Of a stretch of 64,000 bases of DNA, positions 8,629 to 18,631 are shown one piece after another. A program made the position numbers and the translations under genes. The DNA lies in NCBI GenBank assembly GCA_022710715.1, contig JAKLGJ010000003.1:89083-153082 (forward strand), given 5' to 3'. Numbering within the stretch: the first letter of the stretch is position 1; every line of letters starts with the position of its first letter. This stretch comes from Candidatus Omnitrophota bacterium. GTDB taxonomy: Bacteria; Omnitrophota; Gorgyraeia; Gygaellales; Profunditerraquicolaceae. The notes below the pieces were generated by a model. That model had not been told where the DNA came from and made no database searches. It saw only the letters and a program-made list of their open reading frames with translations.

Positions 8629-11600
8629 CTATTTCTTTTTCTTCTGATCCTCTTCGGTCACAAAGTACGGAGACAACGGCCGGTTCATCCGGATATTATT
8701 CGAGATAAACTCGTACGCTCCGGCATCCAGACCGAGATCGTCAAAAGCGCCTGTGTCCGTGGGAGTCAACGGCCGATACCCGAAGAACGTAGTCGGGGTT
8801 GCCGGTTCGAAGGACGCCAAACGGTACACATTCAGTATCTCATAATACGCCAGCACTTCTTTCATTAACGGGTTGGACAGCTGGTTTAAAGGTATCACCG
8901 GCGGTTCGGGTTCCGGCTCGGGCCCGCCCTTCTCGCTGAAGTTCAAGGTCAACCCGGCTTGCGGAGTAAAATCTTCGCGCACATCGGCCGCGGACTTCGA
9001 ACCTTCCAGCACCTGGATACAGACCTTCAGGGGATTATCCGTCACCAGCGCTTCTGCCCCCAGCAGCGGAGTTTCCGGCCAGACCTGAAGCGGACCTTCG
9101 TTCAACGCGGGTTCATATCCTTCGAGCGGACCGAAATAATCGGTATCCATATCATTGTACAAGACATTCTTGGAAGGCAAACCAAGCGGGTCGAACGCGA
9201 TCGAAGGAACCACTCCGGTTACGGACGTTACGCCCGGACGGACGATGCCTTCAATACCGCCGGACATATCCGGATCCTTAGCTCCGGGATCGGCGAAATT
9301 ACCCACACCGATCGTCCCTTCAGGAGCGGAGAAATACGAAAAACCGCCTGCGATCACATTCGGACCGGCGGAAATACCCATTTCGAACATCGGGATACCG
9401 AATACCACGGGTGTCAGGTAATCCAACCCCTCTTCGCCCACATCGGAAATATCCATCAGATAACTCGCCAGCACCTCGCCGAACAATTCCGGATCGCCGG
9501 TATCGTGGAATATCATTTCGTAGAGATCGGCGAGCACTTCGCCGGCATTACCGACCGTCTCGCCGCTGATCCCCGGCCACCATCCGGTGCCGGCATAGAT
9601 CGAACCTGTCCGCGATTCCAGGAATACTCCGCCGCGCGGCGCGATCACCGAATTGACCAGCATATCGCCTTCGCTGGACACGTGCACGATACCGTCGCGA
9701 GCCGCCAGAGACGCCCCGACCTCGATCAACGGCAGAAATGCGGGGATCTCCTCTCCTCCCTCGTCTTCGTCTTCATCTCCGTCGCCGAAAAAATCTCCGT
9801 ACACAGGCGCATAGAGGCCGATCTCCAGCGCATTCGCTTCATCGATAAAGATATCGCCTGCGCAGTAGGAATAACCGGTAACGATATTCACGTCGGTTTT
9901 GATCGGCGCATCGGCGGTGCCCATATCGTATCGGGATACCATCCCCAGCCAGTTGGCGGTGACCACGCCGTTGCTCAAAATCGAACCCAGGATATCGCCT
10001 TCATATTCGAACCAGCGGAAGGATCCCGAATACTGATCGAGAATGAGCCCCAGTTGCAGGAACGGGTCGTTAAACACCATGGTCTCCAGACCGAGCGTCG
10101 CCGCCAGCACGGCATCCGCGGTGATATCGCCCATGGTGATATCGCCGAACAATGAACGCAGCAGAACCGCTCCGCCATAGGTATACTGCGCGCCGATATC
10201 GAAGGCCGAGCAGAAATAATCGGATAACCAGCTTTCCGCCAGACCGATCAGATCCGCGCCGCCCGCTGCCACAACGTTCGCCGCGATCAAGTCGGTACCC
10301 GACTGCATCAGTATCCCGGCAACAGAGGTTAAACTGGCTGCCGAAACCAAACCCTGGGTGTTGATCAAACCGCCGGCGAGCAATGCCACTCCGACAGGAC
10401 CGTTCTCGCTGGAAGCGCTGATCGTCGAACCAGCCGCGGTATTGATATCGCCTTTAGCCAGCAAAGCGATTCCCGACTCGCCGTTGACTTCCTGCGCGGC
10501 GATCATGCCCGCGTCAAGATTGATATTGCCGAACGTATTCATCACCACCACTGCGGTCGCCGGAGTGACCAGGCTCCCCGCTTCGGCCAGGATCAGACTC
10601 TTGTCTCCGGAGATGTTGATATCGCCGGCAAAAGGATAGTTGATTTCATAGGTGCCGAACGGGGAATTGAACTCGTCCGACTCTTCGTAATTCTGGAAGA
10701 ACACGCCCGCGAACCCGTCGCCTCCGACATGCGCGACCACTTCGCTGTCGACGATATTCACGTTGCCCTCGCGGGGATAGATGTACACCTCGGCGTCGCC
10801 GTCGTAATCCACCAGCGCATGCACGTGGCTTTCATTCTCGATAGTGATATCGCCCATCCAGGACTGCAGATCGATCTCGGAAGCGTCATCGCCCCAGCCG
10901 GCCTGGGCTATGACATCCGTGCCCTGCGTGCCGCCGACGATGATCGGGCCGTTGCGCGCAAGGATCTCGATGTTCGCCTGTCCGTTCATTCCCACCGTCG
11001 CCAGGACATCGGTATTGAACAGGGAGATCCCGTTGGTCTCGGTTTCATATTTGGAATACAGACCCGCATCCATGTACACGCGCGAACCGCCGTCTTCGCC
11101 GATACCCTCGCCGTACACGTAGGCTTCAACGATCGGGATCGCGCCGGTTTCATCTCCCACGACGATGCCGCCGTTATTGGCAAACAGATACGTGCCGGCT
11201 ACCCCGTTCCCCAGCACCACGGAACGCAAAGTGCTCTCTCCGGTAACTGCCAGCCCGGCATACGTATCCACGGAAAGATACGCTTCCCCGCTCATATCCC
11301 ACGGACTGTATCCGCCCGAAGACAGACTGCCCACGGACGCTTCGATATTGCTGTCATTCATGTTCGCTTCATACGCAGAAACGGAAACCAGCGCTCTTTG
11401 CAGTTCATCCGGCATTTCGGAATCCCAGCCGTTTTCGATATGCGAGACGATATCGGCGCCCTCCAGAGTCACGCCGGAGCCTTCGAGCCATACTTCGGAA
11501 GTGCCGTACCCTGAAACCTGCGCCTGTATCGCGCTATCGGTCAGGTTAAGACCGCCATCCGCGTAGAGAGAAACATAGGCGCCGCCGTCAACTTCGGCTT

Positions 11601-13416
11601 CCACGCCGTTAAGCACGTACGCGTCTATATCGCTTTCCAGAATGTCGATGCTACCCGCATTAAGATGTATCGAGGCATTGCCCTGGTTCCATACTTCGGA
11701 ATAGAGAAATGCTCCCTCGACGCTCAATTCGTCATACGCATTGAGAGATACCGTGGCGTCCGCCAGGCTGGTGGTATACGCCTGGATCATGCTGCCGCTC
11801 AACACCCGCAACGAACCTTCCGCCGCAGTCAAGTTGACGCTGGCAGGCGCTGAACCATAACACTGCGCCAGAATAGTTCCGTCCACGGTCAGGTTGCCGC
11901 TGTTCACCAGCAGGTTGATCGATTTGTCCCCGGGAGCCGGGCCGGTGGAAGACATATCATGCACCAGGGTATCCCCGTTGGTAACGATATCGATGACACT
12001 GCCCGTAGCCTCGATATTCTCCAGAGTCACCCCGTTTTCTTCCTCGATATATATATCGCCGTCAGACACTGAAGCGGTTAACGTATCCACATTGGTCGCG
12101 ACCCTGGCGTCCGACAAACCGATCCCATTGACCGCTTTCAAGTCCGCGCCGGGCGCGGTGATCAACCCGCCGCTGATAGAACCGCGGGCATCCGCGCTGA
12201 ACTTTCCCATCGCGGTAATATCCCCCAGCAACAAGTCGTTGCCGGTAATGGTGATATCGCCGCTGTTGGCGCTGGTGGTCTGGATCAAACCGGAATTATG
12301 ATAAAAATTGCCCAGTTCGCCCGCCGGCAAAGGACCGACTCCGGCATTGATGGTCAAACTGCACAGATGCGAAGAATCTTCATAAGCCGTGATGTCGGCG
12401 TTGACGTAAATATCGCCCTGATCCCAGATCACGACATCCGAACCCAGCAACATACCGCTGTTAATATACATAGCGCCGGTGGTCCCGTTAATCCGGAGCC
12501 TCCGGGAATTGATATCTGCGCCCAGCTGCGCGCCTTTAGACTCTATCGACACTTCGCCGCCCTCGGCATCAATCGCGCCGTCGACCGCGATTTCCTGATT
12601 CGCCTGCAGAACCACCAGGCCGGTGGAATCGTCGATGGCCGTCGCTTCGATAATCCCGTCCGTATTGATGGCCTTGTCGAAAATCCCGTCCAGGGTTTGG
12701 GCGGTCAAAACCACCTTGCCGCCGTTGGCGCTCAAGGTGCCGGAATTCCTTACCGCGTCAGCCGCGCCGGAAGGATTAACCAGCGTTTCTTCATCCACAA
12801 CCACATTGATGAATCCACTGGGGTCAAGGTTCAAAGTAACCGCGTTGCCGCTGGCCAGCGCGATGCTGCCCAGGCTGGCTTCGATCACGCCGGTATTCAC
12901 CACGCTCGAACCCAGCAACGCCACGTACCCGCCGGGAGCGGAAATATATCCCTGATTGACCACTTCTCCGCCCGAGCCGATGAACGAATATCTGCCCGCC
13001 AGAAAATCCGCGTCGGCGATATTCAAAGTAGAAGCGACCAGACCCGCGGTATCAACCCGGGCTCCGGCGCCGAAAAGCACTCCGTTGGGATTGACCAGGA
13101 ATATCCGGCCATTGGCAGTCAACGTGCCCAGAAGTACGGACGGATCAATCCCGACCACACGGTTCAAAGCAATACTGCCGGAATTAGGCTGGTTAAAATG
13201 CACAGCCTCGGGTTGAGCGATGGAGAAAGAATTGTAATTGGCTATCAAACGGTCCGTAGACTGATTGACCGTCAGAGTATCGGTTTGAGAGCGATCGAAG
13301 GTCGCGCTGCCCGCCACCACCTGCTCGCCTTCAGGCAAGCAATAGCCGTGTATCGGCCAGCACATAAAGGAAAATAAAACCAGCAAAGAAACCGGTTTTT
13401 TGATCAATGTGAACAT
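8629..13416 (-). CDS. Two-partner-secretion exoprotein TpsA (filamentous haemagglutinin/FhaB family), 1595 aa
   Basis: It has an N-terminal signal peptide and a canonical TPS/haemagglutination-activity domain (NQSTDRLIANYNSFSIAQPEAVHFNQP...FLVNPNGVLFGAGA). Long Gly/Asn/Thr/Ser-rich beta-helical repeats follow. There is an acidic stretch (GDGDEDEDEGGEE) and a PEPEPEP linker before a C-terminal domain of about 150 aa with no recognisable family. Confidence 0.85.
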   Translation of the reverse strand: MFTLIKKPVSLLVLFSFMCWPIHGYCLPEGEQVVAGSATFDRSQTDTLTVNQSTDRLIANYNSFSIAQPEAVHFNQPNSGSIALNRVVGIDPSVLLGTLTANGRIFLVNPNGVLFGAGARVDTAGLVASTLNIADADFLAGRYSFIGSGGEVVNQGYISAPGGYVALLGSSVVNTGVIEASLGSIALASGNAVTLNLDPSGFINVVVDEETLVNPSGAADAVRNSGTLSANGGKVVLTAQTLDGIFDKAINTDGIIEATAIDDSTGLVVLQANQEIAVDGAIDAEGGEVSIESKGAQLGADINSRRLRINGTTGAMYINSGMLLGSDVVIWDQGDIYVNADITAYEDSSHLCSLTINAGVGPLPAGELGNFYHNSGLIQTTSANSGDITITGNDLLLGDITAMGKFSADARGSISGGLITAPGADLKAVNGIGLSDARVATNVDTLTASVSDGDIYIEEENGVTLENIEATGSVIDIVTNGDTLVHDMSSTGPAPGDKSINLLVNSGNLTVDGTILAQCYGSAPASVNLTAAEGSLRVLSGSMIQAYTTSLADATVSLNAYDELSVEGAFLYSEVWNQGNASIHLNAGSIDILESDIDAYVLNGVEAEVDGGAYVSLYADGGLNLTDSAIQAQVSGYGTSEVWLEGSGVTLEGADIVSHIENGWDSEMPDELQRALVSVSAYEANMNDSNIEASVGSLSSGGYSPWDMSGEAYLSVDTYAGLAVTGESTLRSVVLGNGVAGTYLFANNGGIVVGDETGAIPIVEAYVYGEGIGEDGGSRVYMDAGLYSKYETETNGISLFNTDVLATVGMNGQANIEILARNGPIIVGGTQGTDVIAQAGWGDDASEIDLQSWMGDITIENESHVHALVDYDGDAEVYIYPREGNVNIVDSEVVAHVGGDGFAGVFFQNYEESDEFNSPFGTYEINYPFAGDINISGDKSLILAEAGSLVTPATAVVVMNTFGNINLDAGMIAAQEVNGESGIALLAKGDINTAAGSTISASSENGPVGVALLAGGLINTQGLVSAASLTSVAGILMQSGTDLIAANVVAAGGADLIGLAESWLSDYFCSAFDIGAQYTYGGAVLLRSLFGDITMGDITADAVLAATLGLETMVFNDPFLQLGLILDQYSGSFRWFEYEGDILGSILSNGVVTANWLGMVSRYDMGTADAPIKTDVNIVTGYSYCAGDIFIDEANALEIGLYAPVYGDFFGDGDEDEDEGGEEIPAFLPLIEVGASLAARDGIVHVSSEGDMLVNSVIAPRGGVFLESRTGSIYAGTGWWPGISGETVGNAGEVLADLYEMIFHDTGDPELFGEVLASYLMDISDVGEEGLDYLTPVVFGIPMFEMGISAGPNVIAGGFSYFSAPEGTIGVGNFADPGAKDPDMSGGIEGIVRPGVTSVTGVVPSIAFDPLGLPSKNVLYNDMDTDYFGPLEGYEPALNEGPLQVWPETPLLGAEALVTDNPLKVCIQVLEGSKSAADVREDFTPQAGLTLNFSEKGGPEPEPEPPVIPLNQLSNPLMKEVLAYYEILNVYRLASFEPATPTTFFGYRPLTPTDTGAFDDLGLDAGAYEFISNNIRMNRPLSPYFVTEEDQKKKK

Positions 13417-13442
13417 GTGTGCCTCCCTCTTTAAGGATAGTT

Positions 13443-15173
13443 TTAGAATTTGGTGCGCACCTCGATCCAGGGATGAGCGTGATCGCCATCCGACGGAGTC
13501 TTGTGCCCTATGGGATACCCGATTTCGATACGGGCGGAAATATTATCTTTTAGATTAAAACGCCAGCCAAATCCCCAGCCGCGCAGCGTTTCGTGTTTCT
13601 TATCGCCGGCTTGCGGACTGCGGATATGCGTGGTGCCCCAGTCGAAAAAGACGACAGTGCGCAAAACGGTATACAATTTTTCATCCGTGGTAAAAGGCAC
13701 TGCCCAGTCCTTGGGCAGGAAATAGATCGGGAAGGAGATTTCCGGCGATGAATACAACCCTTTATCCCCGGCTTTCTCGGCGGGAGGATACCCTCTGACG
13801 CTGGTAGCGCCGCCGATCTGGAATTCTTCGGAAGCGACCAGTGTGTGATTGGAATACTGGGCGTTGTTCTTCCAGAGCAGCGTCATCTCCAGGGGCAGCC
13901 GCTGCAGGCGGTAATAGTTCAGTATGCCTTTGGTGAAAGTTCCGCCGGAACCGACGCGGGAAGCATTAGGATCTTTATCTTCCATGCCCCCGAGTATATC
14001 GGAGAAACCCTGATTGATTTCCGGGCTGATGATATTCCTGCCCCAGAAGTCGGCAATATCCAGATCTGCGCCGACCTTGAGCATGCGCACCTGATCGCGG
14101 GAAGTTTGCGCGCCGGCGAGGAAGTTGCGGATGCGCTTATAGTCGAATCCCAGATTCAAACGCAGGTCCATGGTCTGGCCGTGGATCAGGCTCTGGCTCA
14201 AGAATAAACCGTAGATCTCGGCTTTACCCTGCGCGTTGACGTCCTTGAATTCTTTCCCCAGCTTAAGCTGGCTGTTCACCAGGTACGCGCCGACGCTGGT
14301 ATCCCTGGAGATCGGCAAACCGTAGCGCGCCTGTTCCAGATGCATGCGGTTGGCCTCGGCCATCTGACCCTTCAGATATAATTTGTCATCAAACCCCAGC
14401 AGGTTATTATGCTCCAGCACCAATGCGTATCTTTTCTTGCCGATATACCGGGAACCGAAATTATCGAACTCGAATCCGGCGTGGATGGGCAGTTGATCGG
14501 TCACTTCCACCACCACATCGGTAGTACCGGGGGCAGTTCCGGGCATAAGCGTAGCCCGAGCTTTGCGGTCGGGATGTTCGTTGATATAGATAAGGGATTT
14601 TTGCAGCTCGGAATAATCGAAATATCCGGAAGGCTCGACTGAAAGACGCTGCTCGAGCAGCGATGATTTAAAAAAACGGTTGCCCTTGACTTCAATTTTC
14701 CCCAGCTTGCCTTCCACCACCCGAATGACCAGATTGCCGTCAGTAATGGTCTGCGGCGGAATATAAGCGCGGGAAGTGACATACCCCTTTTTACGGTACT
14801 CGTCCGTGATCAGATCCGCTATCTTCTGTATCGCCCTAAGTGTAAGAGCCTGCCCTTCATAGGCGGCAACGATGTTGCGCACCTCGTCCCGGCCAAGCAA
14901 AGTTGCGCCTTCGACCGTGATCGTTTTGACCATGGTTTTCGGACCGCTTTCATCGGTAACGATCTCCGCTTCAGCCGTGCCTGCCGGAGCGGCTTTTTTA
15001 GTCTCTATCTTTTGTTCGAGCTCTCGCGCTTTCTTGATATCTTGATCCTGGCGGGTTTGTCCACCTATGGTCTGCGATGCCGGAGGCTGCTGGCTGTAAG
15101 AAATACCGGTAAGAACAAAAACAGAACAAATCAAAAGAGCCGCGCTCCCGATTAGCACCTTGGCAGTTCTCAT
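13443..15173 (-). CDS. TpsB outer-membrane transporter (ShlB/FhaC/HecB family) with POTRA domains
   Basis: The signal peptide is MRTAKVLIGSAALLICSVFVLTG. I prefer this start over the track's 15257 because it has an AAGGAAG RBS. It carries FhaC-type POTRA motifs and a C-terminal beta-barrel ending ...WIEVRTKF. It sits immediately upstream of tpsA. Confidence 0.85.
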   Translation of the reverse strand: MRTAKVLIGSAALLICSVFVLTGISYSQQPPASQTIGGQTRQDQDIKKARELEQKIETKKAAPAGTAEAEIVTDESGPKTMVKTITVEGATLLGRDEVRNIVAAYEGQALTLRAIQKIADLITDEYRKKGYVTSRAYIPPQTITDGNLVIRVVEGKLGKIEVKGNRFFKSSLLEQRLSVEPSGYFDYSELQKSLIYINEHPDRKARATLMPGTAPGTTDVVVEVTDQLPIHAGFEFDNFGSRYIGKKRYALVLEHNNLLGFDDKLYLKGQMAEANRMHLEQARYGLPISRDTSVGAYLVNSQLKLGKEFKDVNAQGKAEIYGLFLSQSLIHGQTMDLRLNLGFDYKRIRNFLAGAQTSRDQVRMLKVGADLDIADFWGRNIISPEINQGFSDILGGMEDKDPNASRVGSGGTFTKGILNYYRLQRLPLEMTLLWKNNAQYSNHTLVASEEFQIGGATSVRGYPPAEKAGDKGLYSSPEISFPIYFLPKDWAVPFTTDEKLYTVLRTVVFFDWGTTHIRSPQAGDKKHETLRGWGFGWRFNLKDNISARIEIGYPIGHKTPSDGDHAHPWIEVRTKF

Positions 15174-15444
15174 AGTCTCTTCCTTTCGTTTAATGTTGTT
15201 ATCCACCAGGGTTCTATAGTAGCTTAAAGACAAATAAAGTAAAGTGGCCGTTTCCACTTTTTATTGACTTTCTTCCACTTGAATTATTGGCGTATCCGAC
15301 TGCGGTTGAGTGGGATTTAAACCTGCTGAAAACGCTTTCAATATGACAATTGTAGCATAAAATCAGCCAAAAAACAAACTTATTTATAAACTTTTTACTA
15401 ACCACCGGCTTAGCCTGAATTATTCGAAATTCTAACCATCACCC

Positions 15445-15473
15445 TTGACAAGTTGGCTTTCAAAGGTTATACT
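15445..15473 (+). promoter_or_regulatory. Near-consensus sigma70 promoter TTGACA-N17-TATACT for the first PEP-CTERM gene
   Basis: TTGACA is at 15445-15450 and TATACT at 15468-15473. The track's ORF start at 15453 lies inside this promoter, which supports the downstream start at 15510. Confidence 0.5.
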
Positions 15474-15509
15474 TGCTTTATGAAAGCGTTTTCAAACCAA
15501 AGGACAAAA

Positions 15510-16028
15510 ATGATCAAACAATTACGTCTTGCCCTGCTCTCTTGCGCCGCGCTGGCGTGCCTGTCCGGTAACCTCAATGCATCAGAGCCTTTCTACAGGA
15601 TGTGGATGACCGATGCGGAAAACGTGGTCCCCACCGAGAACGTCGAGGTTTTCAACGGCACTACCCCCTGGGTCTACATCCGCTACATGGGCGACCGGAA
15701 TTCAGATGACGTCATCGGCCCCGGAACCATCAAAACGTTCTGGACCTGGGACGGCACACCCGTTGATATTACCTATAATATAACCACTTCCGGGAATAAG
15801 AATGACTTCTGGATCCCCTTCAATGAGACCTCATTCGGAACAATGGCCGCCGGTAACTGGACAGTAACGGCAACCTCGACCCTTTTTACCTCCGGTAAAG
15901 TCAAAACTTACTTTGATTCGAAAACCTTCAAGCTCAACCCGGTTCCCGAACCGATCAGTTCATTTCTCTTTCTCACCGGCGGTTTAACCATGGCCTTTGG
16001 TCTTAAACGCGGCAAAAGGAAAAAATAA
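15510..16028 (+). CDS. Secreted PEP-CTERM-sorted protein (exosortase substrate)
   Basis: Signal peptide MIKQLRLALLSCAALACLSGNLNA. The C-terminus is PVPEPISSFLFLTGGLTMAFGLKRGKRKK, which is a PEP motif plus a TM helix plus a basic tail. Confidence 0.75.
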   Translation: MIKQLRLALLSCAALACLSGNLNASEPFYRMWMTDAENVVPTENVEVFNGTTPWVYIRYMGDRNSDDVIGPGTIKTFWTWDGTPVDITYNITTSGNKNDFWIPFNETSFGTMAAGNWTVTATSTLFTSGKVKTYFDSKTFKLNPVPEPISSFLFLTGGLTMAFGLKRGKRKK

Positions 16029-16204
16029 TGATAAATAAACTCTTTACTCTTCTTTACGCTTTTGTTGGCCTCCTGTTTTTTCTTACCAGCCAGGCGCTGG
16101 CCATGGAACAGATCGCTCCGGAACCGGTGAGCACCACTCTTTTTCTGACAGGCAGCGGAGTTTTGTTCGTTGCCGCGAGGTTGCGCGGAAAAATAAAAAA
16201 ATAA
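16028..16204 (+). CDS. 58-aa mini PEP-CTERM protein, a signal peptide directly fused to a PEP-CTERM anchor
   Basis: It is not in the ORF track. I translated it by hand as MINKLFTLLYAFVGLLFFLTSQALAMEQIAPEPVSTTLFLTGSGVLFVAARLRGKIKK*. The start overlaps the upstream stop (TAATG). A strong terminator follows. Confidence 0.55.
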   Translation: MINKLFTLLYAFVGLLFFLTSQALAMEQIAPEPVSTTLFLTGSGVLFVAARLRGKIKK

Positions 16205-16218
16205 GATTTTTCCTTCCC

Positions 16219-16252
16219 GGGGGAGGCTCTGTCCTCCCCCTCTTTTTTTTCT
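16219..16252 (+). terminator. Rho-independent terminator
   Basis: GGGGGAGGCTCTGTCCTCCCCC followed by TCTTTTTTTT. Confidence 0.75.
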
Positions 16253-16404
16253 ACTCTGACCGCCTTCTGAAACAAGAAGAAAAAAGTCAATAAAAAGTGG
16301 AAAAAAACTATTGCTTAATTCGGCTTTTCTGCTATTATAGAAGCAATTAGCGGTCATCACTGATGGATGACAAGTTCTTTTTTCCTAAACAAAGGCAGGT
16401 CGAT

Positions 16405-16968
16405 ATGAAAAAACTGATCGTTTTCTTGTTCTGCGCCATCACGTTCGTTTTAGCTTTATCTTCTTCGGCTTCCGCTATAACCGCTGAAGTCAGCGATTAT
16501 TTCCAGATCATGATGACCAACACTCCCGGCGTTGTGCCGAGCGTCTCGCAGGAAAACTTCGACCTGGGCGAAAAACCCTGGCTCTATTTGAGCTTCTATG
16601 ATGGCGTGGGCTCGTTCGAGGATATTGGCTTCAGCGTGACCGGTTCATTCTGGACGTTCGAAGATTCGGATCCGGCAAAGACCTATCTCAAAACAAAATT
16701 CGGCGACACCAACGACCTGTGGATCAGCTTTTCGGACAGTTACTGGAATTCCATCGAGAAAGCCGGGAACTGGACCGTGGAGGCATTCTCGCTGGTTCAG
16801 GCAATACAGGACGATGTCAAATCCGCTTGCGGCAACTGCTGCAACTGGCAGTCCTTCAAAGGCGAAATCGGATTCAAAGTCAATCCCGTCCCGGAGCCGA
16901 TTTCCACCCTGCTCTTTCTCGTTGGCGGCGGCACACTGTTCGCCACCGGCAGGCTGCGCAAAAGCTAA
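16405..16968 (+). CDS. Secreted PEP-CTERM-sorted protein
   Basis: Start at MKKLIVFLFCAITFVLALSSSASA, with a TTGCTT-N16-TATTAT promoter-like site at about 16311-16345. The C-terminus is PVPEPISTLLFLVGGGTLFATGRLRKS. It is a paralogue of 15510-16028 (shared FWT.ED/NDLWISF motifs). Confidence 0.75.
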   Translation: MKKLIVFLFCAITFVLALSSSASAITAEVSDYFQIMMTNTPGVVPSVSQENFDLGEKPWLYLSFYDGVGSFEDIGFSVTGSFWTFEDSDPAKTYLKTKFGDTNDLWISFSDSYWNSIEKAGNWTVEAFSLVQAIQDDVKSACGNCCNWQSFKGEIGFKVNPVPEPISTLLFLVGGGTLFATGRLRKS

Positions 16969-17018
16969 TCGGGGACGTTCCCCAAGGTACCACCCCTGCA
17001 ACAATTAGCAGGATGTAC

Positions 17019-17050
17019 ATCAAAAAAAAGGAGGCGTCAGCCTCCTTTTT
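17019..17050 (+). terminator. Rho-independent terminator
   Basis: GGAGGCGTCAGCCTCC followed by TTTTTATTT. Confidence 0.75.
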
Positions 17051-17128
17051 ATTTATAGATCCATTCAGAGAAAATTGATAACCATTGGCCCCCTCAAAAG
17101 GGGGAGCAATCCAACCAGGAGGTAATTA

Positions 17129-17683
17129 ATGTGTAAACGTTTGTTTTTCGTACTCTGCATTTGCGCAACGATTTTGTCTCTTTCAACCCTGGCTTTCGCC
17201 AAGAACCCCAACAGCAACGGCGCAGATAACGGCGGCGGCAACGGAATCGTGGACATCTTCATGACTTCCGATTACGATGTCTTCACCCCGCAGCCGAGTT
17301 TCCACGAAGACGAAACTCCCTGGCTGTACTTGAAACTTCAGGATTCGGTTACCCAGGTCACCGGCAACTGGTGGTTCTGGAATAAAGGGAACCAGGATTG
17401 GGCGGCCTCCTTTGATACCGCCAACCTTGATCCGCTGGTATGGGAATCCCATTCGTCCGACAATAGCGACGGCACCAAGAACCTCTGGCTGACCAGGCTG
17501 GATATCGATGACGCCGTGGCGCATGATCAGTGGTGGCACATCAACAACGTGCACACTTCCTGTCCTAATGGCGGCGGATCGACCAAGTACCACGTTACTC
17601 CCGAGCCTATCAGCTCATTATTGTTTTTGATCGGCAGCGGCGCGATGTTCGCCGGCGCGCGCATGCGTAAAAACCGGGCGTAA
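17129..17683 (+). CDS. Secreted PEP-CTERM-sorted protein
   Basis: AGGAGG RBS. Signal peptide MCKRLFFVLCICATILSLSTLAFA. The C-terminus is VTPEPISSLLFLIGSGAMFAGARMRKNRA. Confidence 0.75.
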   Translation: MCKRLFFVLCICATILSLSTLAFAKNPNSNGADNGGGNGIVDIFMTSDYDVFTPQPSFHEDETPWLYLKLQDSVTQVTGNWWFWNKGNQDWAASFDTANLDPLVWESHSSDNSDGTKNLWLTRLDIDDAVAHDQWWHINNVHTSCPNGGGSTKYHVTPEPISSLLFLIGSGAMFAGARMRKNRA

Positions 17684-17720
17684 CCCTGACGGATCATCTG
17701 CCTGAAGCAGACAACTTAAC

Positions 17721-17753
17721 AAGAAGGACGCTTCCGTACGAAGCGCCCTTCTT
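17721..17753. terminator. 14-bp stem hairpin between convergent genes, a putative bidirectional terminator
   Basis: AAGAAGGACGCTTC-CGTA-CGAAGCGCCCTTCTT. The U-tracts are weak on both strands. Confidence 0.4.
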
Positions 17754-17776
17754 GTTTCCTGCAGCAACAGCAGCTC

Positions 17777-18445
17777 CTACCCTGCCTTCATTCTCCTCGC
17801 AACACCCAGCACGCCTGCGCCCAACCCGAACAACACCATACTCACCGGTTCAGGCGTAGTCGTCACTTTCAGGTACGGCCGTAATTCCCGGCCGGTATAT
17901 TCCGATGCATAGAACCGGGCGTTCAACTCGTTATTCATCGCGTCCAGATTATTTTCCAGGACAAAGCCGTAATTCGCGCTGCCCTGGGCCCAGGCGTTCA
18001 GAGTCGGTTCTATCCCCTTCCATTGCCGCCAGCCCTCCACCGGATCGCCGATCCCCAGAGAGCTTACGGCCACAGCTTCATAGGCCGGTCGGGTATTCCA
18101 GGTAATGCCTGATTCGCTCCACGCCTGCGTCACCGCGTGCAGGTTAAGCGCATCCCCGGGTGAATTCGTTCCGGAATACTCGTAGGCGAACAACGACGCG
18201 GACTTTATTGTCTGCCCCCGCAATACGCCCAGGTCAGCCTCGCTGAACTTAAGATACGCTTCAGCCAGGCCGGAACGGTCCCGGACCGTCATATACGTAT
18301 TGTTACCGTAATTAACCTCGGGGCTGGCGTCATTCACCCAGGCATCCTCTGACGGCCAGAAGACGTACTCCTGGTCTGCCTGCGCTTGTCCCGTCCAGAC
18401 CGCGCACCAACAGACCAGCCACACCCACAATCGCAGCTGCTGCAT
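17777..18445 (-). CDS. Secreted PEP-CTERM-sorted protein (222 aa)
   Basis: AAGGAGG RBS. Signal peptide LRLWVWLVCWCAVWTGQAQA. The C-terminus is TTPEPVSMVLFGLGAGVLGVARRMKAG. Confidence 0.75.
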   Translation of the reverse strand: MQQLRLWVWLVCWCAVWTGQAQADQEYVFWPSEDAWVNDASPEVNYGNNTYMTVRDRSGLAEAYLKFSEADLGVLRGQTIKSASLFAYEYSGTNSPGDALNLHAVTQAWSESGITWNTRPAYEAVAVSSLGIGDPVEGWRQWKGIEPTLNAWAQGSANYGFVLENNLDAMNNELNARFYASEYTGRELRPYLKVTTTPEPVSMVLFGLGAGVLGVARRMKAG

Positions 18446-18535
18446 CGTTACCTCCTTGCAAAGAGGTTAGCCGGACGCAGCGCTCTCCTGCGGCTCTGCG
18501 TCTCATACTAATAGACGCAGGCCGGCCCGAAATCT

Positions 18536-18628
18536 AACAACAAAAATTATCCACAGGCGACCGCAGGGAGTCCCGCCCGAAGAGTATCCCCAGTGACAGT
18601 GGGAGAGTCCCGGACGGCCTGTGGATAA
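18536..18628 (-). terminator. Long hairpin of about 80 nt plus a T-tract, terminating giant gene A1. Its arms contain DnaA-box-like TTATCCACA motifs in inverted orientation.
   Basis: The arms are TTATCCACAGGCG...CGGCCTGTGGATAA, at 18547-18559 and 18614-18628. On the minus strand the structure is followed by TTTTTGTTGTT. It begins 4 nt after the A1 stop codon. Confidence 0.5.
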
Positions 18629-18631
18629 CTT

